From Callorhinchus milii (taxonomy: Eukaryota): a DNA stretch of 64,000 nt. This document shows positions 36,501 through 49,780 of the stretch, piece after piece (the stretch's first letter is position 1; each line of letters begins with the position of its first letter). Where the stretch lies: NCBI RefSeq assembly GCF_018977255.1, contig NW_024704772.1, forward strand, positions 2,232,001 through 2,296,000, in the 5' to 3' direction. The notes beneath the pieces were generated by a model, which was given only the letters and a program-made list of their open reading frames with translations, searched no databases and had not been told where the DNA came from. The translations under genes and the position numbers were made by a program.

Positions 36501-39500
36501 GTTGCGCTTGCCTTGATAATGTTGGGTGACATGGCAGCAACTTACCAGTCGCTTCCTGGGGTTAATAACCCCTTCAAAACAATAGATAAACATAATAATA
36601 ATAATAATAATAATCCTTGCAGTTGGTATGGCACTTTTCACGTCTTCCAGACGTCTCAAAGCGCTTCACAGAATATGCTGTAATGTGAATCGACTATACT
36701 TGTGAGCAAAATACGTCTGTATAAAATGATAATAATTTGGTCGTTCAAAACACGACCGTTTGTCGGTCAGTGCTGTGCGCAATTGGCCGCCTCGTTTCGC
36801 CCAATCCTCAGTTTGGTTTGATACTCTTAAGCACCGCTTGCGTCGGACACCCGGTGGCCCCCTCCCCCAAAAAGGGAATACTGTGCGATCTTAAGTGGTA
36901 ATTAAGAGAAAATTGTACTGTATAAAATAAGTTACAGTGTGGACTTAACGGACAAGCAAATGGTGAAATGGAGTACTGTTTGAGAGTTTAGGAAGCGAAG
37001 TATCATTCTGTTGCAGTGGCGTTTGCAGGGAGAGATAAAACAAGCTTGAGAGTTCCGATGTTCGTATTTCACAGGTGAAAAGAACATACCCACGCCTTTT
37101 TTTTTCCTTTGCAAGTGAAACGGGCTCTGTCCTCTAGGCTCCCAGTTATCATAGGCAGCTTCGCATTTCTCTGAACATTCGCAAGCCAGCGTGGTACTTG
37201 CACGCACGCGTTCCCGCAGTCTCGTTAATTTTCTTCGTGTCCATTCGTGTTTCATCACTTTGCTGCAGGAGTGTTTCCTTTTTTTTCACTTTGCTTCTCC
37301 CCAATTCTTCCCCCCCCCCCCCCCCCCGCCCTCCCGGCCCCCCCTCCCCCCCCCAAGCACGCAGACCGCCATTCTTATGTTATAATGTTATACATTATAA
37401 AATTTTCTCCCTATCTTTAGGTTTTCCCTGCGCCACACTCCTGGCCCAGAGGGTGTCAAGGTGGCTAGGCGACCTACTCCCAGGCTTCTGACAATGCTGC
37501 TCTTGAGCCGGATGTTAAGAGGTGAGGAGAGAGCAACTTGAGGGGGTTTGGGGGTAAGAAGCCCCTGCAAACTATTCCTCTCTTCCCTGCGGGGTCAGGA
37601 AGAGTTTGGTGTTATCTCTGCTAGTGGCGTGGCTTAGGTCAGCAGTTTATTAGGGAAACGCGCTCTTAATTTCCTCTCACCTCTAAAAGAGACCATGGGA
37701 TTTTATATTATAGCCTCTCCCATTCATACCCCATGGACACGAGAATACTAATCACTGCAACCCTGTAGCACTATGGATATTTTTAAATCTAGACTGAACA
37801 GTAGGGGGCATTGGGTTGCTAAGTGAAGGTGATATAATGTTTAGAATGGTTAAATAGCTTCAAATGCTAAGAGAATTTGGTCCAGGATTGTGCAACAGAA
37901 CCATTCTTTTGTGATGTTTATGAAGGTGTTTAAGCTGCTTTGACTTGCCATTTTCACTCGTTTGCATTTTTCCTTTTGCAAAAAATAATGTCATGTATAG
38001 ATTACTTGTTTCGTCCACAATATGTACAGTCAATTTACTTTACAGAAGAATATTTTGTGAAAGCACTTTGAGACATCTCGACGACGTGATAAGGCGCTAT
38101 ATCAAATGCAAGGATTATTATTATTACAGCAAGGCTCCCGGCTAATGCTTGCTTCGTCTCGGTCTTTGTGTGCAACTTATGAAATCCTGCAGGTCCCCAA
38201 ATTCAATGCAGTCTAACAAATAAGGCATTAGAAACCTCCTGATTGTGGTGTGACTTGTGTGAGGTTTATTGTACAGTGTATAGATTCTAGGGGTCTAGAT
38301 TTCCCTCATAAAACATACACGATAGCGATGATCTGCAATTTTCTTTATGTGTTTGAAACAGGTGCGACCAAGAAACTGGAGTTGCAGGTCCGGCTATTCT
38401 ACCGACGAGTTCTCTTAGATCACTGGGAGCATCAGCATGATACGGCTTTCTGGCTAACCCGCATCCTAAAGCCATGGCCAATAGTCAACCAAGCAAGACT
38501 GCTGTATTTACTCTATGGGCCTATGTTCATTACTGATGGTGGTAATAATACTGATAATAATCCTTGCACTCGATATGGCGCCTTATCACACCTTTGAGAC
38601 GTATTGAAGCTCTTCACAGAATATACTGTAAAGCGGATATACCAATTTTTTTTTTTTTTGAAGGCGTTATTACCCCCCGGAAAAGCAATTCATCTGCCAA
38701 TCGACTAACGACAAGGTTCCTACTTACTGCTAGGTAAACAGAGGCGGGTGGTTGCTCACTCGCTCACCGTTTTGCCCTGCCGGGAATCAAACCCAGGTTC
38801 TCTTGCTTGCAAGGCGAGTCCTCTAACAACTGAGCTTCAGGACTCCTTTGATCCACGTTTCCCTTGTGTATGAGAATTAGGTGAAAATCAACACACTTGA
38901 CTGGTTCCGGCCTGCCTCTTGCTTGTCCCTCGTCCCTTCCTTTCTACCATTGTTAGCTGCGTTTTCAGCCAATACACTTCAAAACTATCCCTCCGCCTTG
39001 CCCCCTCTTTCCCCATCTTCAGGTCGTGTCTTTGACCTTACCTATTTGTCCATGAATTGTGTTCGATTGAGACTTGGAGCAGATCCAGTTGTTTTACATC
39101 ATCCGTTTTTGCACACGTTAGCGTTGGATGGAAGGAACCGATTCAATTTTAACGTTTAAACTTACATTCTCAGGTCAGATTCAGTGGCATCAGATGACTC
39201 AAATACCCGCCAATGAGGAAAGCGTGAAGGATTTGGCGGTGGCAGTCAGACTGCTGCATGAACACAAAAAGGAATGGACAGCTGATGACATCTTCACCCT
39301 GTTGGAGGAATTAGCAGGTATTTGAGATTTCGGGACCTACAACTTTGAGCTGCACCCGATTTAGAATCATAGTATCTTACAGCACAGAAGGAGGTCATTC
39401 GGCCCATCGTGCCTATGCTGACTGTTTGAAAGCACTACCAACTAGTCCCATTTCCCCCTCTCGCCCCATAGCCCTGTACATGTTTTCCTCTTTAAGTACC

Positions 39501-41885
39501 ATTGAAAGTATCTATTCCCTCTTTTGAAAGTTATCATTGAATCACCCTTCCAGGCAGTGCGTTCCAGGCCGTAACAACTCTGGGAGTAAAAAAAAGAAGT
39601 CTTCCCTCTGGTCCTTTTGCCAATTATCTTAATTCTGGTTACCACCCGCCAGAGGTATTAACAGATTCAAGCCCCCACGTCGCGTCTTGGAATCACATAG
39701 TCTTCGCTGATGCTCGAATGTGGTGCTGGGGATGGGTTGCAGTGTCAGAGGTTGAGTTAAACAGATTGGTTGGCTGTGATAGATTTTGTAGATTTTGTGT
39801 TAATTCTAGGTTTCCCTCAAGAGTGGCTCCTGGAGAATTGTGCCCGGCTTCTGATATGTTGTGGCAACAACATGTGTTTTACTTTTCTGGCCAATAAAGC
39901 TGTGAATGGGAGGCTAAATGAGCTGGCCACACTCATCGTTTTCCTGTCTTTGGTGAGTAGTAAGACAAAGAGCTGCATTTTGAGGTTCAGCCATCTCAGT
40001 CATGGGTGTACGTACCAAAGCTGATTGTTTAAATGTTCAAGCCTGGCTTGTCATGGAAATGTTGGCGGATTGCTTTTCCGGGAGTAATAATTCCTCCAAA
40101 AAAATAAATAATCTGGTCGCTCACTCCATGACTGTTTGTGGGACACTGCTGTGTGCAATTGGCTGCCACGTTTCGCCCAGCAAAACAGACACTTTACAGG
40201 ATATTCTCTGAAGCGCTTTGTGACGTCTTGACGATGTGATATATCAAGTGCTGTTATTATTATGATTATTATCAACTCAATAACTTCGACATTGTGGTAT
40301 TTTATATGGGTCAACGCTTTCACTTTGATTATTTTGGTGCAGGTATGTGAAAAGGATGGTTACTGCATGGACTGGGCTGTAAAAATGGTGCAGAGAATCT
40401 GTAAGGTGATAGCTAACAGTGAAAGCAGGTGGAACTTTCTACAGGCAATCGAGAAGGTCTATGCTCGGGTGACCATAGACATGATCGAGTCCATATTGTT
40501 TAGTGAGTAATGTTTGTGCGCTTAATGTTCGTGCGCTTCTGTGTGTTTTTAAGTCATGTTGGAAGAGGCTGACTGTGTCAAGATAAGTGCGTGCATGTGA
40601 GTGTGTGTGCAGTCAAGTAAGTGCGTTACACCTTTATTTTTAAGGAGGCCGTTGAAGCAGGTACCAAATATTATCTGTCTGTTGCGATAACCAAATCATA
40701 TCTTGGTTTGAGACCAGAAAAGGAGCGGTATTTTTGGAGAGTTGCTATTTTGCGAGGGGGTTGGTTTGGGTGGGGAAAGTAAATAGATTCTGCAGGCGAA
40801 ACAGGTTCCCAAAATCAGACAGTTCCCCTCCTTCATTCCCCCCCCCCCCACCTCCCGCCAGTTCTGCTGCAAAGGGGTATCCGGGGGAATTTAAAATGTA
40901 AGTAGACTGCTGGAAACCATACAATGGTAAGAATCCTGCCCCGAACGTATGTGTTTTTCGAAGTCTTGTTTCATTCTCGAACCCTTGTCATCTTACGCCC
41001 TCGAACGAGTGCAGAGTAGAAAAAGCCAGTTGCTGCCATGACAGTAATGTGTTGTGACAGCTCCCTCTCCCTCCAACGCAGCCTCCCAGCCTTCCCTTAA
41101 CGTAAAACAAACGACAGAAAAATATGATAGCAATTATGACAATCGGCTTAATAAACTGTGTTCGAGGAGAAGTGGCACGATTCTTCAAGTGATTGCACAC
41201 ACGTAGAACATCTTTTACACTAGAATTCACCCAATGATTTATTGCTGGAACAGAGAAGATCAAAATGAACAAAGGCATCTTGAAGTTGATTGTTATTATT
41301 TGTTCTGTTTACTCCATACCCCCATCATACCAGGTCTGGTCAGGTTGAACCGGCTCCCTTTCCCCGAGCAAATCTTCGCACCCTGATACCTCCCTACCTC
41401 TCTGACCTGCTTACTCCCCAACCTCACTGCTCGCTGGCTCCGGCCTCCTGCATGTCCCTCGTGCCCTCCGTTCCACCATCGGTGGCCGCGCTTTCAGCCA
41501 CTACGCCCTAAACTCTGGCGCACTCTTCCTCTCTCTCTCCGCCTTGCCACTTCCTTCCCCATCTTCAAGTCGCGCCTGAAGACCTTTCACTTCGACCGTC
41601 TGTGCGGTCACCCCCCCCCCCCCCCCCCGGATCGGCAGTGTGCTCAGCCACTCTCAAGCGTTCTGGGACGTTACCCTTTATGAGGGGCGCAATTTGTTGC
41701 TTATAATTGTATTAACAAGGGTTACTGATCGTGAAACAGCCAAGTTGCTGCTGTGCTGTTTGTGTGTTTCAGGTGGCCTCGAAGGGGATGAAGGCATCAC
41801 CTACAACATGTACAACATGGTGAATGCCCAAGCTGAGTTTCACAAAGAGATCATGCTTCGTGCCTTCAACAACGTACTCACATGA
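33585..41885 (+). CDS. FBXO47: F-box only protein 47, ~455 aa, 10 coding exons
   Basis: Exons: 33585-33789 (F-box start MPLEIFHKVLCYLS); 34127-34288; 34546-34622 (LLFKRCTLLLPTKQRLK); 35099-35176; 35589-35697 (TLIAGWDELECNRV); 38362-38538 (or 38541; FWLTRILKPWPIVNQARLLY); 39174-39317 (KEWTADD); 39810-39952 (EWLLENCARLL); 40343-40502 (VCEKDGYCMDW); 41773-41885 (NAQAEFHKE). Total 1368 nt. These motifs match FBXO47 as I recall it. AATAAA at 43647-43652 followed by a GT-rich tract. Confidence 0.94.
39360..39645 (-). mobile_element. CR1 LINE 3' end fragment
   Basis: AGAATCATAG..ACAGCACAGAAGGAGGTCATTCGGCCCATCG is the reverse of a CR1 3' terminus. Related plus-strand ends (GAGGGGCTGAATGGCCTCCTCCTG) at ~50390-50530 and ~59160-59285. 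Confidence 0.7.
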
Positions 41886-44518
41886 AAGGCATTTTGGGAA
41901 CAGCAATCACTGCCTTAATACACATGTACACACTCGCATATATTATACAGCACCTACGTTGTGGTCGAATTGAACCAGCTTCTGTTTTGTTTGCTTTTCA
42001 CAAGAGATCGAATAACCAAAGATTATTGGGTTTATGGTCTTTTAGACGCAGAGAGAGAAAAACAATCCCCACACACTGACTGTTACAGAAACCGTGCTCG
42101 GGTTGACTACAGAAACAAAGTTTGTAGACTGAACAGACCACCAGCTGCTATACCCCCAGTAAACCCACACACAAGGTAGATACCAATTCACGGTCTCTAG
42201 AGGCACCGATTTATGCATTTATTCCTTTTGAAAGGAGCCTAGTTTTGATTAACTAATTTCCCTGTCCTATTTTTTATTAATTCTCACCATCTCTCCTTTG
42301 ATACCACCCACACACGCCATTGCCTAGCTAAGAGTGGGAGAGAGAGAGAGGTGGTGGCGGTGTTTGCAACCTGCTTCTAGGCTCCCACCAATACATTGGC
42401 TCAAGATGTCCGATAGGAGCAAGTCCAGCTTGACTTTTCCCTCCCATCGTCCCTTGACTTCTGCTCACCATTTTTCCCATGAATTAATACGGCTGAAATC
42501 AGGACCTTGTTGGATGAGAAATCAAAGCCACGCAGTCTGTAGTAGAGCTTCAAAGCATCGCTTCACCACAACACCAAATACATTTATTAGTCCTGTCATT
42601 TTCCCAGTCAAATCAAATTTAATAATTAATGCTTTCACTTAACTGAGCCCCAGTTAACTCGTCTCTTGTTTGGGAGAAATTGCAACTGTGCTTTTGTCAG
42701 CAGTCTTTATTGTTTTTGCTGCTGTTGGTTTCCGTACATCGCGGGAAACTAGAAAACGTCAGAGGACTTATCCTGAAATTGTACTCTTCCAACAATATCG
42801 TTCAGCCACACCGCAGTTGGGTTCTCATTGCGTTAATTGCCAACTGGGATAAGAAAAATCTAAAATGTTTCTAGATTTTCATGTACTTGCAGTCGACCTG
42901 TAAATAAGTGACTTGACTTGCTGATCACAGCCGTCTCGTCTCGGGTAATTAATTAATAGCTTCTCTTAGGTGAGTGCGAAACTTGGTCTCTCATACACTG
43001 TACAAATGTTTTCGCGTTGAAACACCCAAGTAACACTGAATTCCCAGCGATATTCTCGGTTCCACGTACTGAGTCTGACATACCTCTTCTCTTCGCCCTC
43101 TCCCCACACCCCCCCCACCCCCCACCCTCCCACCCATCTCTCGCTATTCCATTCTTACGATCTAGAGTTGCAAAGAATTCCGATTCATTTGTGTTCCTGT
43201 TTACTTATTTCTGTTGGTTTTAAAGAGAAAGAATATTTTTTGTCGCACACTGAACGCCGGTGGCACGGGAAGGGATCGACAGGCAGCTGGGTGTCCGACA
43301 CGGCAAGGGAAGTGAACGCACACAGTTTTGGGTGCAGTATTTCCTTCCGGCTGATGTACGTACGTACGCAAAATATTCCCACGAACAAATTCAATGATAA
43401 AGTTGACCATTATTCTTAGCAGCAGTTTAATTTTAGAGAGCTGTAGTAGATGAGTTTCCTCTGCAAAGAGATACACACACGAGGACTAATTGCACAAACG
43501 TATTATCCATAAAAATCCGCCTTGAAACCGAATATTTCAACGCCGCTGCATTATTTATTTGTTGGTGTCTTTCCACAAAGCAATGATCGCGCGCGATAAT
43601 TCTGATAATTTATATTATTTAAAAGTGTTGGAAGGTGACGTGCCGAAATAAATTCAATAATTTAATTGTGAATAGATTTGAGATTGTGTTTCCGTGTTTG
43701 TTGCTGTGAGGGACATTAAAGCTTAAAGCCTTTGAGAGGACTTCAGTGTTCTGTCTCGGCTGTGCGGTTGCTGAAACGAAGCGCTTGCAATCTTCGGCTT
43801 CGTCTTCTTGCCTCAGAGCAGCCGAACCCTCTGCCTACGACTAACTCCCGATAAGCCATCGTACTACTGTTCAACTAACAGTGCGTTGGCAGTGTCGTAT
43901 ATGCAGTCAATTCACTTTACGGTGTGTTCTGTGAAGCGCTTTGGGACGTCCTCTCCCGACGTGAAAAGCGCTATATCAAATGCAAAGATTATTATTATTA
44001 TGTCGGTGTCCCATGACAGTCTGAGCCCAACAAAACCTTTTTTCGCCCACGCCAGCACATAACAACCCTCCGGCGTGTAACCCTCGCCCCGGACGTATAA
44101 TAATACTAATGTATTCCGATGCAGCGCCTTATCACGTCGTCTCAAAGCGCTCTACCGAATATATTCGGGCAGCGAGGTGTGCTTTGTTGACGTCCTCTCC
44201 TTGCTAACGATGTATTTCCAGTGGCTCGTTCTTCCTGATCGCTAGGCAAACATTGTGCGTGCCCCTTCCAAGACGGGACACTGGGCGAGGGCGGGTGACA
44301 AGGGGAGTTGAGGCACGGATCGCCCATGATGTTGTCGGATGAGCGGAACGGGCTCCGTGGGGCTGAATGGCCTCCTCCTGTTCCCGTTCCGTCGCAGTGC
44401 TGCGCGCCGACGCCTTACAGTTGCAGTTCCCTATCGACGCTTTTTTAGGTGAGAATGATCGAGCCGTCTGGCGCGAAGGGGGCGATATAAGTTGTTGATG
44501 TGAGTCGGTGTCTTCAGA

Positions 44519-44555
<37 letters not shown>

Positions 44556-46748
44556 CGGGTGAATTGGATGGAAAATGTACAATCTGACGGCAGGACTCGC
44601 CATTCGTGTCGGCGCCGACGGGAGTCCTGCAATTCCGTCAGGCGAAGAGGTCGCGTCGGCCGCTTTTATCGATCGCTGGAGCCGACGAGAAAATAACGAG
44701 GGGAGTTAAAGAAAAAAAGGGGACTCGCGAGCATTTCGTTTTGTTTCCCGCGGCCCTCGATGCGGAGGAAGGGACTTGGGGTGCGCGTTAGCGCCGCCCG
44801 CCCGAGAATCGAAACGGTCACGCATCTGCAAAGCCCTCCTTCGGTCAGCCTCGTCCTTCCATCATTCATTGCCCTCTCGATTGGGTAGGACAGCCCCAAT
44901 GTGCAGCCGTTATTCCTTCATCAATTCCCCCCCTCCACCCACCCACCCACCCCCTCGCACGCACACGCACACACGCACACGCACACACAGGCACACGCAC
45001 GCGCGCGCACAAAAGCAGATTAAAAGCAGCCTTGACATGATTCCCTTAAGCAGCCAAAGATGGCATCTGACAGATTTTATTTGCAATTTGTATAACCATT
45101 TACGCAGCAGTTTCGATCGTCTTTAACGTATAGAGAGAGAGAGAGAGAGAGAGAGGGTAATAGAGGGTTAGCAGTGAGATGCGTGTCAGTAATTCTGACG
45201 CTACTGTTGTCGTACTCTGTTCGCAGGGACGGCTTAAGTGAACTGCACTGCGAGTGAACAGCGCGCAATACCCCACCGATTAAACCACAGCAATCAGGAG
45301 CTTAACGCAATGATCATTACTGCCTTAAAGTCACTCCCAGCTATTTATTATTCTTTAGAGTGTACGGTGCACTGGTTTTGAAAATAGATTTTGCCTTTTG
45401 TTTTGTTTTTTCTGAACTGCTACGCATCAGGGATTAGAGTACACTAGAGGCGATGCTGGTTCGTTTGAAAGAAGTGTTGTGGAATCATAAGGTACCTGTC
45501 ACCGCTATGCAATAATGTACTATAAATATGAGTTTGTATGTAGAAAGCAGCAAATTGCCACGACATAAACACGCCTTAGCAGCACTGGAATCCACGTACA
45601 TCGCTCAATCAGCACATAAACTGGAAAGCGTACAAAAAAAAATAGTACGCTTAGTACTAATAGTACCGAGCGATACCGAGAAATTAGATGGAAGCAAAGG
45701 ATCCAACGTTTATTGGGGTTGAACCGTTGAGATGTCTCAAAGCTCTTCGCAGAATATAGCGTCAAGTAAATTGACTGCACTCCGCCGGCAAAACACAGCG
45801 GCCAACTGCTCACGGCGGCGTCCCACAAAGAGTCGCGGATCGAGTGGCCGCATTATGATTATTATTTTTTTTTGGAAGGGATGGTTACCCCCGGAAAAGC
45901 GATCTGCCGATCCACCAGCAACGGGGTTCCTGCTTAGCTAAGCAGAGGTGCGGAGTGAGAAAACTTGCCTTGGATTTCGCGCTGCGCGAGAATCGAACCC
46001 GGGGTCCTCCTCTCGCTTTGCGAGGCGAGTGCGCAAAACCACTGAGAGCTACAGGATTCCTTTCCGTCTTCCCTCTACCTCAGTAGACGTTCCTCTACAA
46101 TAGAAGCATCGGCTTTTCTCCACAATCCACGTTTGGTAGCGGGTCGAGTGGACTTTGTTGGCGAAGGAAAAGGAAGTGGTGTCAATGAACTTTTTATTTT
46201 TTGCAGTCTTAACCGTTTTACTTTCTGCTCCGACGCTCTGCATCCTTCCTTATTTTAGACCAAAGCAGATCGGAGGTGACAGGCGTCCCGTTCCAACCAA
46301 ATTAGAGGCCTGATCGGTTGTGAAATATTGTCGCTTTTTGTCGGTATAGCTGTTCAAAAGAGTTTATGGATGTGAATTTCCGTTACATTGCGTACAGGAG
46401 TGGTATGTAAGTGAGTAATGCGCTTTAAAGAAAGACGACACTTAACTGATAACCAGTGACCTCTTGTACAAAAGGAAAGATTTGCCCTGATAGAAAGCTT
46501 AGAACGAAACTAAGTTTTCCAGGTTTGGCACTGAGGAAACCTGAGTGCTTCCATTGACGCACTGTTTTTTTTTGCTTAAAGGATGAGATTTGCCATCTGT
46601 GTCCGCTTTTACAAATCAAAGAGGTTGAATAAGCATTGCCCTGCTGCTCGCGAGCTGTACCTTTTCATTCAGGGCGCGTCCTCCTTCCCGAAATGCTGCT
46701 GTCGTGTTATTTTTCGACCGCCGCTAAGCGTTACTTTCAGAATTATTT

Positions 46749-47071
46749 GTGGAGTCCTCAGTGGTTAGAGCACTCGCTTTGCGAGTGAGAGACCTGAGTT
46801 CAATTCCAGGCAGAGGGCGAAACCTCGGGCAAGTTTCCTTACTCCACACAGAGCCTAATAATAAACCCTCCAAAACCAAAAACAATGATAAATTGATCAT
46901 TTTCAATCGACGACTGTCTGTGGGACATTGCTGTGCGCAATTGGCCGCCGCGTTCGCCCACAAATATACAGTCAATTCACTTTACAGTGTGTTCTGTGAA
47001 GCGCTTTGGGACGTCCTCCCGACGTGAAAAGCGCTATGTCAAATGCAAGGATTATTCTTATTATTATTATT
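46749..47071 (+). mobile_element. Near full-length tRNA-derived SINE (dominant family in this window)
   Basis: tRNA-like head (CTCAGTGGTTAGAGCACTCGC..GTTCAATTCC), central GGGACATTGCTGTGCGCAATTGGC block, L2-like tail AGCGCTTTGGGACGT..AAGCGCTATGTCAAATGCAAGG followed by (ATT)n. Dozens of fragments occur across the window. Confidence 0.85.
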
Positions 47072-47099
47072 ACCTCGGAAACAATTAAAGTTAAATCTT

Positions 47100-47410
47100 T
47101 TCGGATTAAAGTGCGGCGCATTAGAGTTTCGGATCGTGCCCGCGGTGCCAGGTCTCGTTGATGTCGTTGCTCTTCTTCTGCGGCGTTCTGGGGCATCCTT
47201 TCCCGAGCCCTGTCGGTCTACGGTTTGACTCGTCCCGGCCGACCAGCCAGTGTGGGCCTGAGACAGAATGCGTTAGGGTCAGACTTTGTCTCTCGGACAG
47301 CGAGTCTCCCTGTTAATCCTGAAAACCCTAATGGGTCCCGGTGCGCCCTTTGCTGTGGAAACGGCCCGACGCAGTGACCATTGTGGGTCCGGCTTCACGC
47401 AAACAAAAGC
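47100..47410 (-). mobile_element. Highly degenerate CR1-type LINE ORF2 fragment
   Basis: The minus strand contains remnants resembling (V)RPHL and QRRAT in broken frames. Confidence 0.5.
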
Positions 47411-49454
47411 GTAAGCGCGATGAGGATGAGGGCGAGGATGGGTCGCAAACGTGACCGGCCCAAATTGATCATGTATGGTCACTGTGGAATTCTGCTTCAG
47501 TCTCTGTGAGCTGCCCCCCCCCAGCGACCCTCGCTTTTTACTCAGCCGCTCGTTAGGCACGAACGATGTGCACGTTATCTTGCATTAGCGCACGACTGTC
47601 GTTTATCCGTCGCTCCGTCCTCTTTTCCTGCGTTACCTGGTGAGCTGTGGTCAATCGAGCTCTCCGCTCACGCGCCTCGCCAGCGAGAGGACCCGGGTTC
47701 GATTCCCGGGACAGGGCGAAACGTTGGGCAAGTTTCCTTACTCCACACACGCACACACGGCTCTGTATACCCAGCAGTAAATAGAAACCCGGTTGTTAGC
47801 CGATTGTCCGATCGCTTTGCCGAGGGTAATAATCCCTTCAAAACAAATAATAATTTGGTCACTCAACCCACGACTGTGTGTGGGGACGCTGCCGGGCGCC
47901 ATTGGCCGTCGGGTTTCGCCCACAAAATATATTGTGGGCGAAATTTGGTTATGTCTGTGGTGAATCCGCGCACAGCACAGTAGTTTTTACAAATTATTGT
48001 CACGATGCCTCCAGAAATAATGAACTAATTTCGTGCCATTTCTTCAAACTCTGCTCCACACGCCACGGGCCAGGGTTCTGCTAAAGCGGTGGTAGCTTTT
48101 TTTTTTTGGAAGGACCAGTGGTCTGCAATATCGCTAGATATTGAGGTGGGCTCGAGATTTCCCAAGAGGAGAGTCTTGAGACGGACCTTGAAGGAGGCAA
48201 GGGAGGGAGTGGGGCGGAGGGACCGTGGGCTGGAGTTCCAAAGGGTTTTTATACGTCATAAATTAATCGACAGACACACCCACGTACGCACCGTCAGCAG
48301 AAGAAAGAGCACCAACTCTTTGACTGTTACCTTTCTCCGAACAAAACCCGGGCCAACGTCAGTCACCCGAATGGTTGTTGCAGTAGTACTAATAATCATA
48401 ATAATAATCCTTGCATTTGATATAGCTCCTTATCCCGACATCTCGACGTCTCAAAGCACTTCACGGTATATACTGTAACGTGAATTGACTTGAGTGCTAT
48501 TTTTTTTGTGGGAGTTAAATGTAATAAAAAAAATACATAACGCTGCTTCCTATTCCAGCGACGGAAAACTTGGGGCTCGGGATTTGGTGGGGGGTGGGGG
48601 GGGGGTTGAAAAGCTCGTTGGGTTGCGGAGAAAAAAACCACACACATAACGTACAACTTAAAATAAAAAGAACCACGACTCCCGGACCGATGTATTAGCT
48701 GTGACAGTAATGAAGTGTAGCCCGAGGCTGTTCACACATGAGTCAATCTGTGTAGGGTTTTGTTAATTGATACGATCTGATGTACAGTAGATTTCACTTT
48801 GGTGTTTTATGTACTCAATAAATATGCTAAAAAAGAGACCAGATCCTTTCCCCACCCCCCGCCGCCCCCAACGCAGACATTTTTTTTTGCCTTTAAACCT
48901 CTTTCACTCCCCACTCTTTCCCACCCCTTGTTGCGGGAAGCCACACATTGTTGTGGTGAAGAGTGTGGTGATGTGAAGGAGGCCTGGGATTTCCTTCCTA
49001 CCTCATCACAACCTGACTGCTCCCTCAGCTCAGCGGGCTCGGGGCTAGTCCACGTCCTCCCCGCGCCCGACTCGCCCCACCATCTGCGGTCGGGCCTTCA
49101 GCCTCTCTGCCCCCACCCTTTGGAACTCCATCCTACCATTCCCTTCACCTCCCTCCCTCTCCTCCTTCAAGGCACGTCTCGAGATCCTCCTCTTTGACCA
49201 CGACTTCGGCCACCCTCCTACCCCCCCCCCCCGGCCCTCCCCTGATCCCAAACCCCCCTTCCCACAACTTGGATCCAAATCCTTGACTGTCCAGCACCTT
49301 GGGATGTCCTCTCAAAGTGAGAGGCGCTATACAAATGTAATACTGCATTGTATTTTGAGCTGCGACACAATGGAGATGCCGATGAACGAACGTGGTCCAC
49401 CAAATCATGTGGTAATGACTAGTTAGAGAGGGACCGACACTTCGTTCCGGTGGA

Positions 49455-49780
49455 TAATAATAATAATAATCCTTGCATTTGACACAGCGCCTTATTCGAG
49501 ACGCTGCAAAGTGAATTGACCGTATATTTTGTGGGCGAAACCCAGCAGCCAATTGCACACAGCAGTGTCCTACACACGGTCTTGGATTGAGTGGCCATAT
49601 TTTTTGGGGGAGAGTTTATTATCCCCGGAAAGCGATCCACCGATCGACTAAGAACTGGGTTCCTACTGACAGAGGTGTGTGGAGTAATGAAACCTGCCTA
49701 AGATTTTGCCGTGCCCGGGAATCAAACCCAGATCCTACAGACTTGTGAGGCGAGTACTCTAACCACTGAGCTGCAGAACT
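49455..49780 (-). mobile_element. tRNA-derived SINE
   Basis: Tail, central block and tRNA head all present in reverse orientation. Confidence 0.75.
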
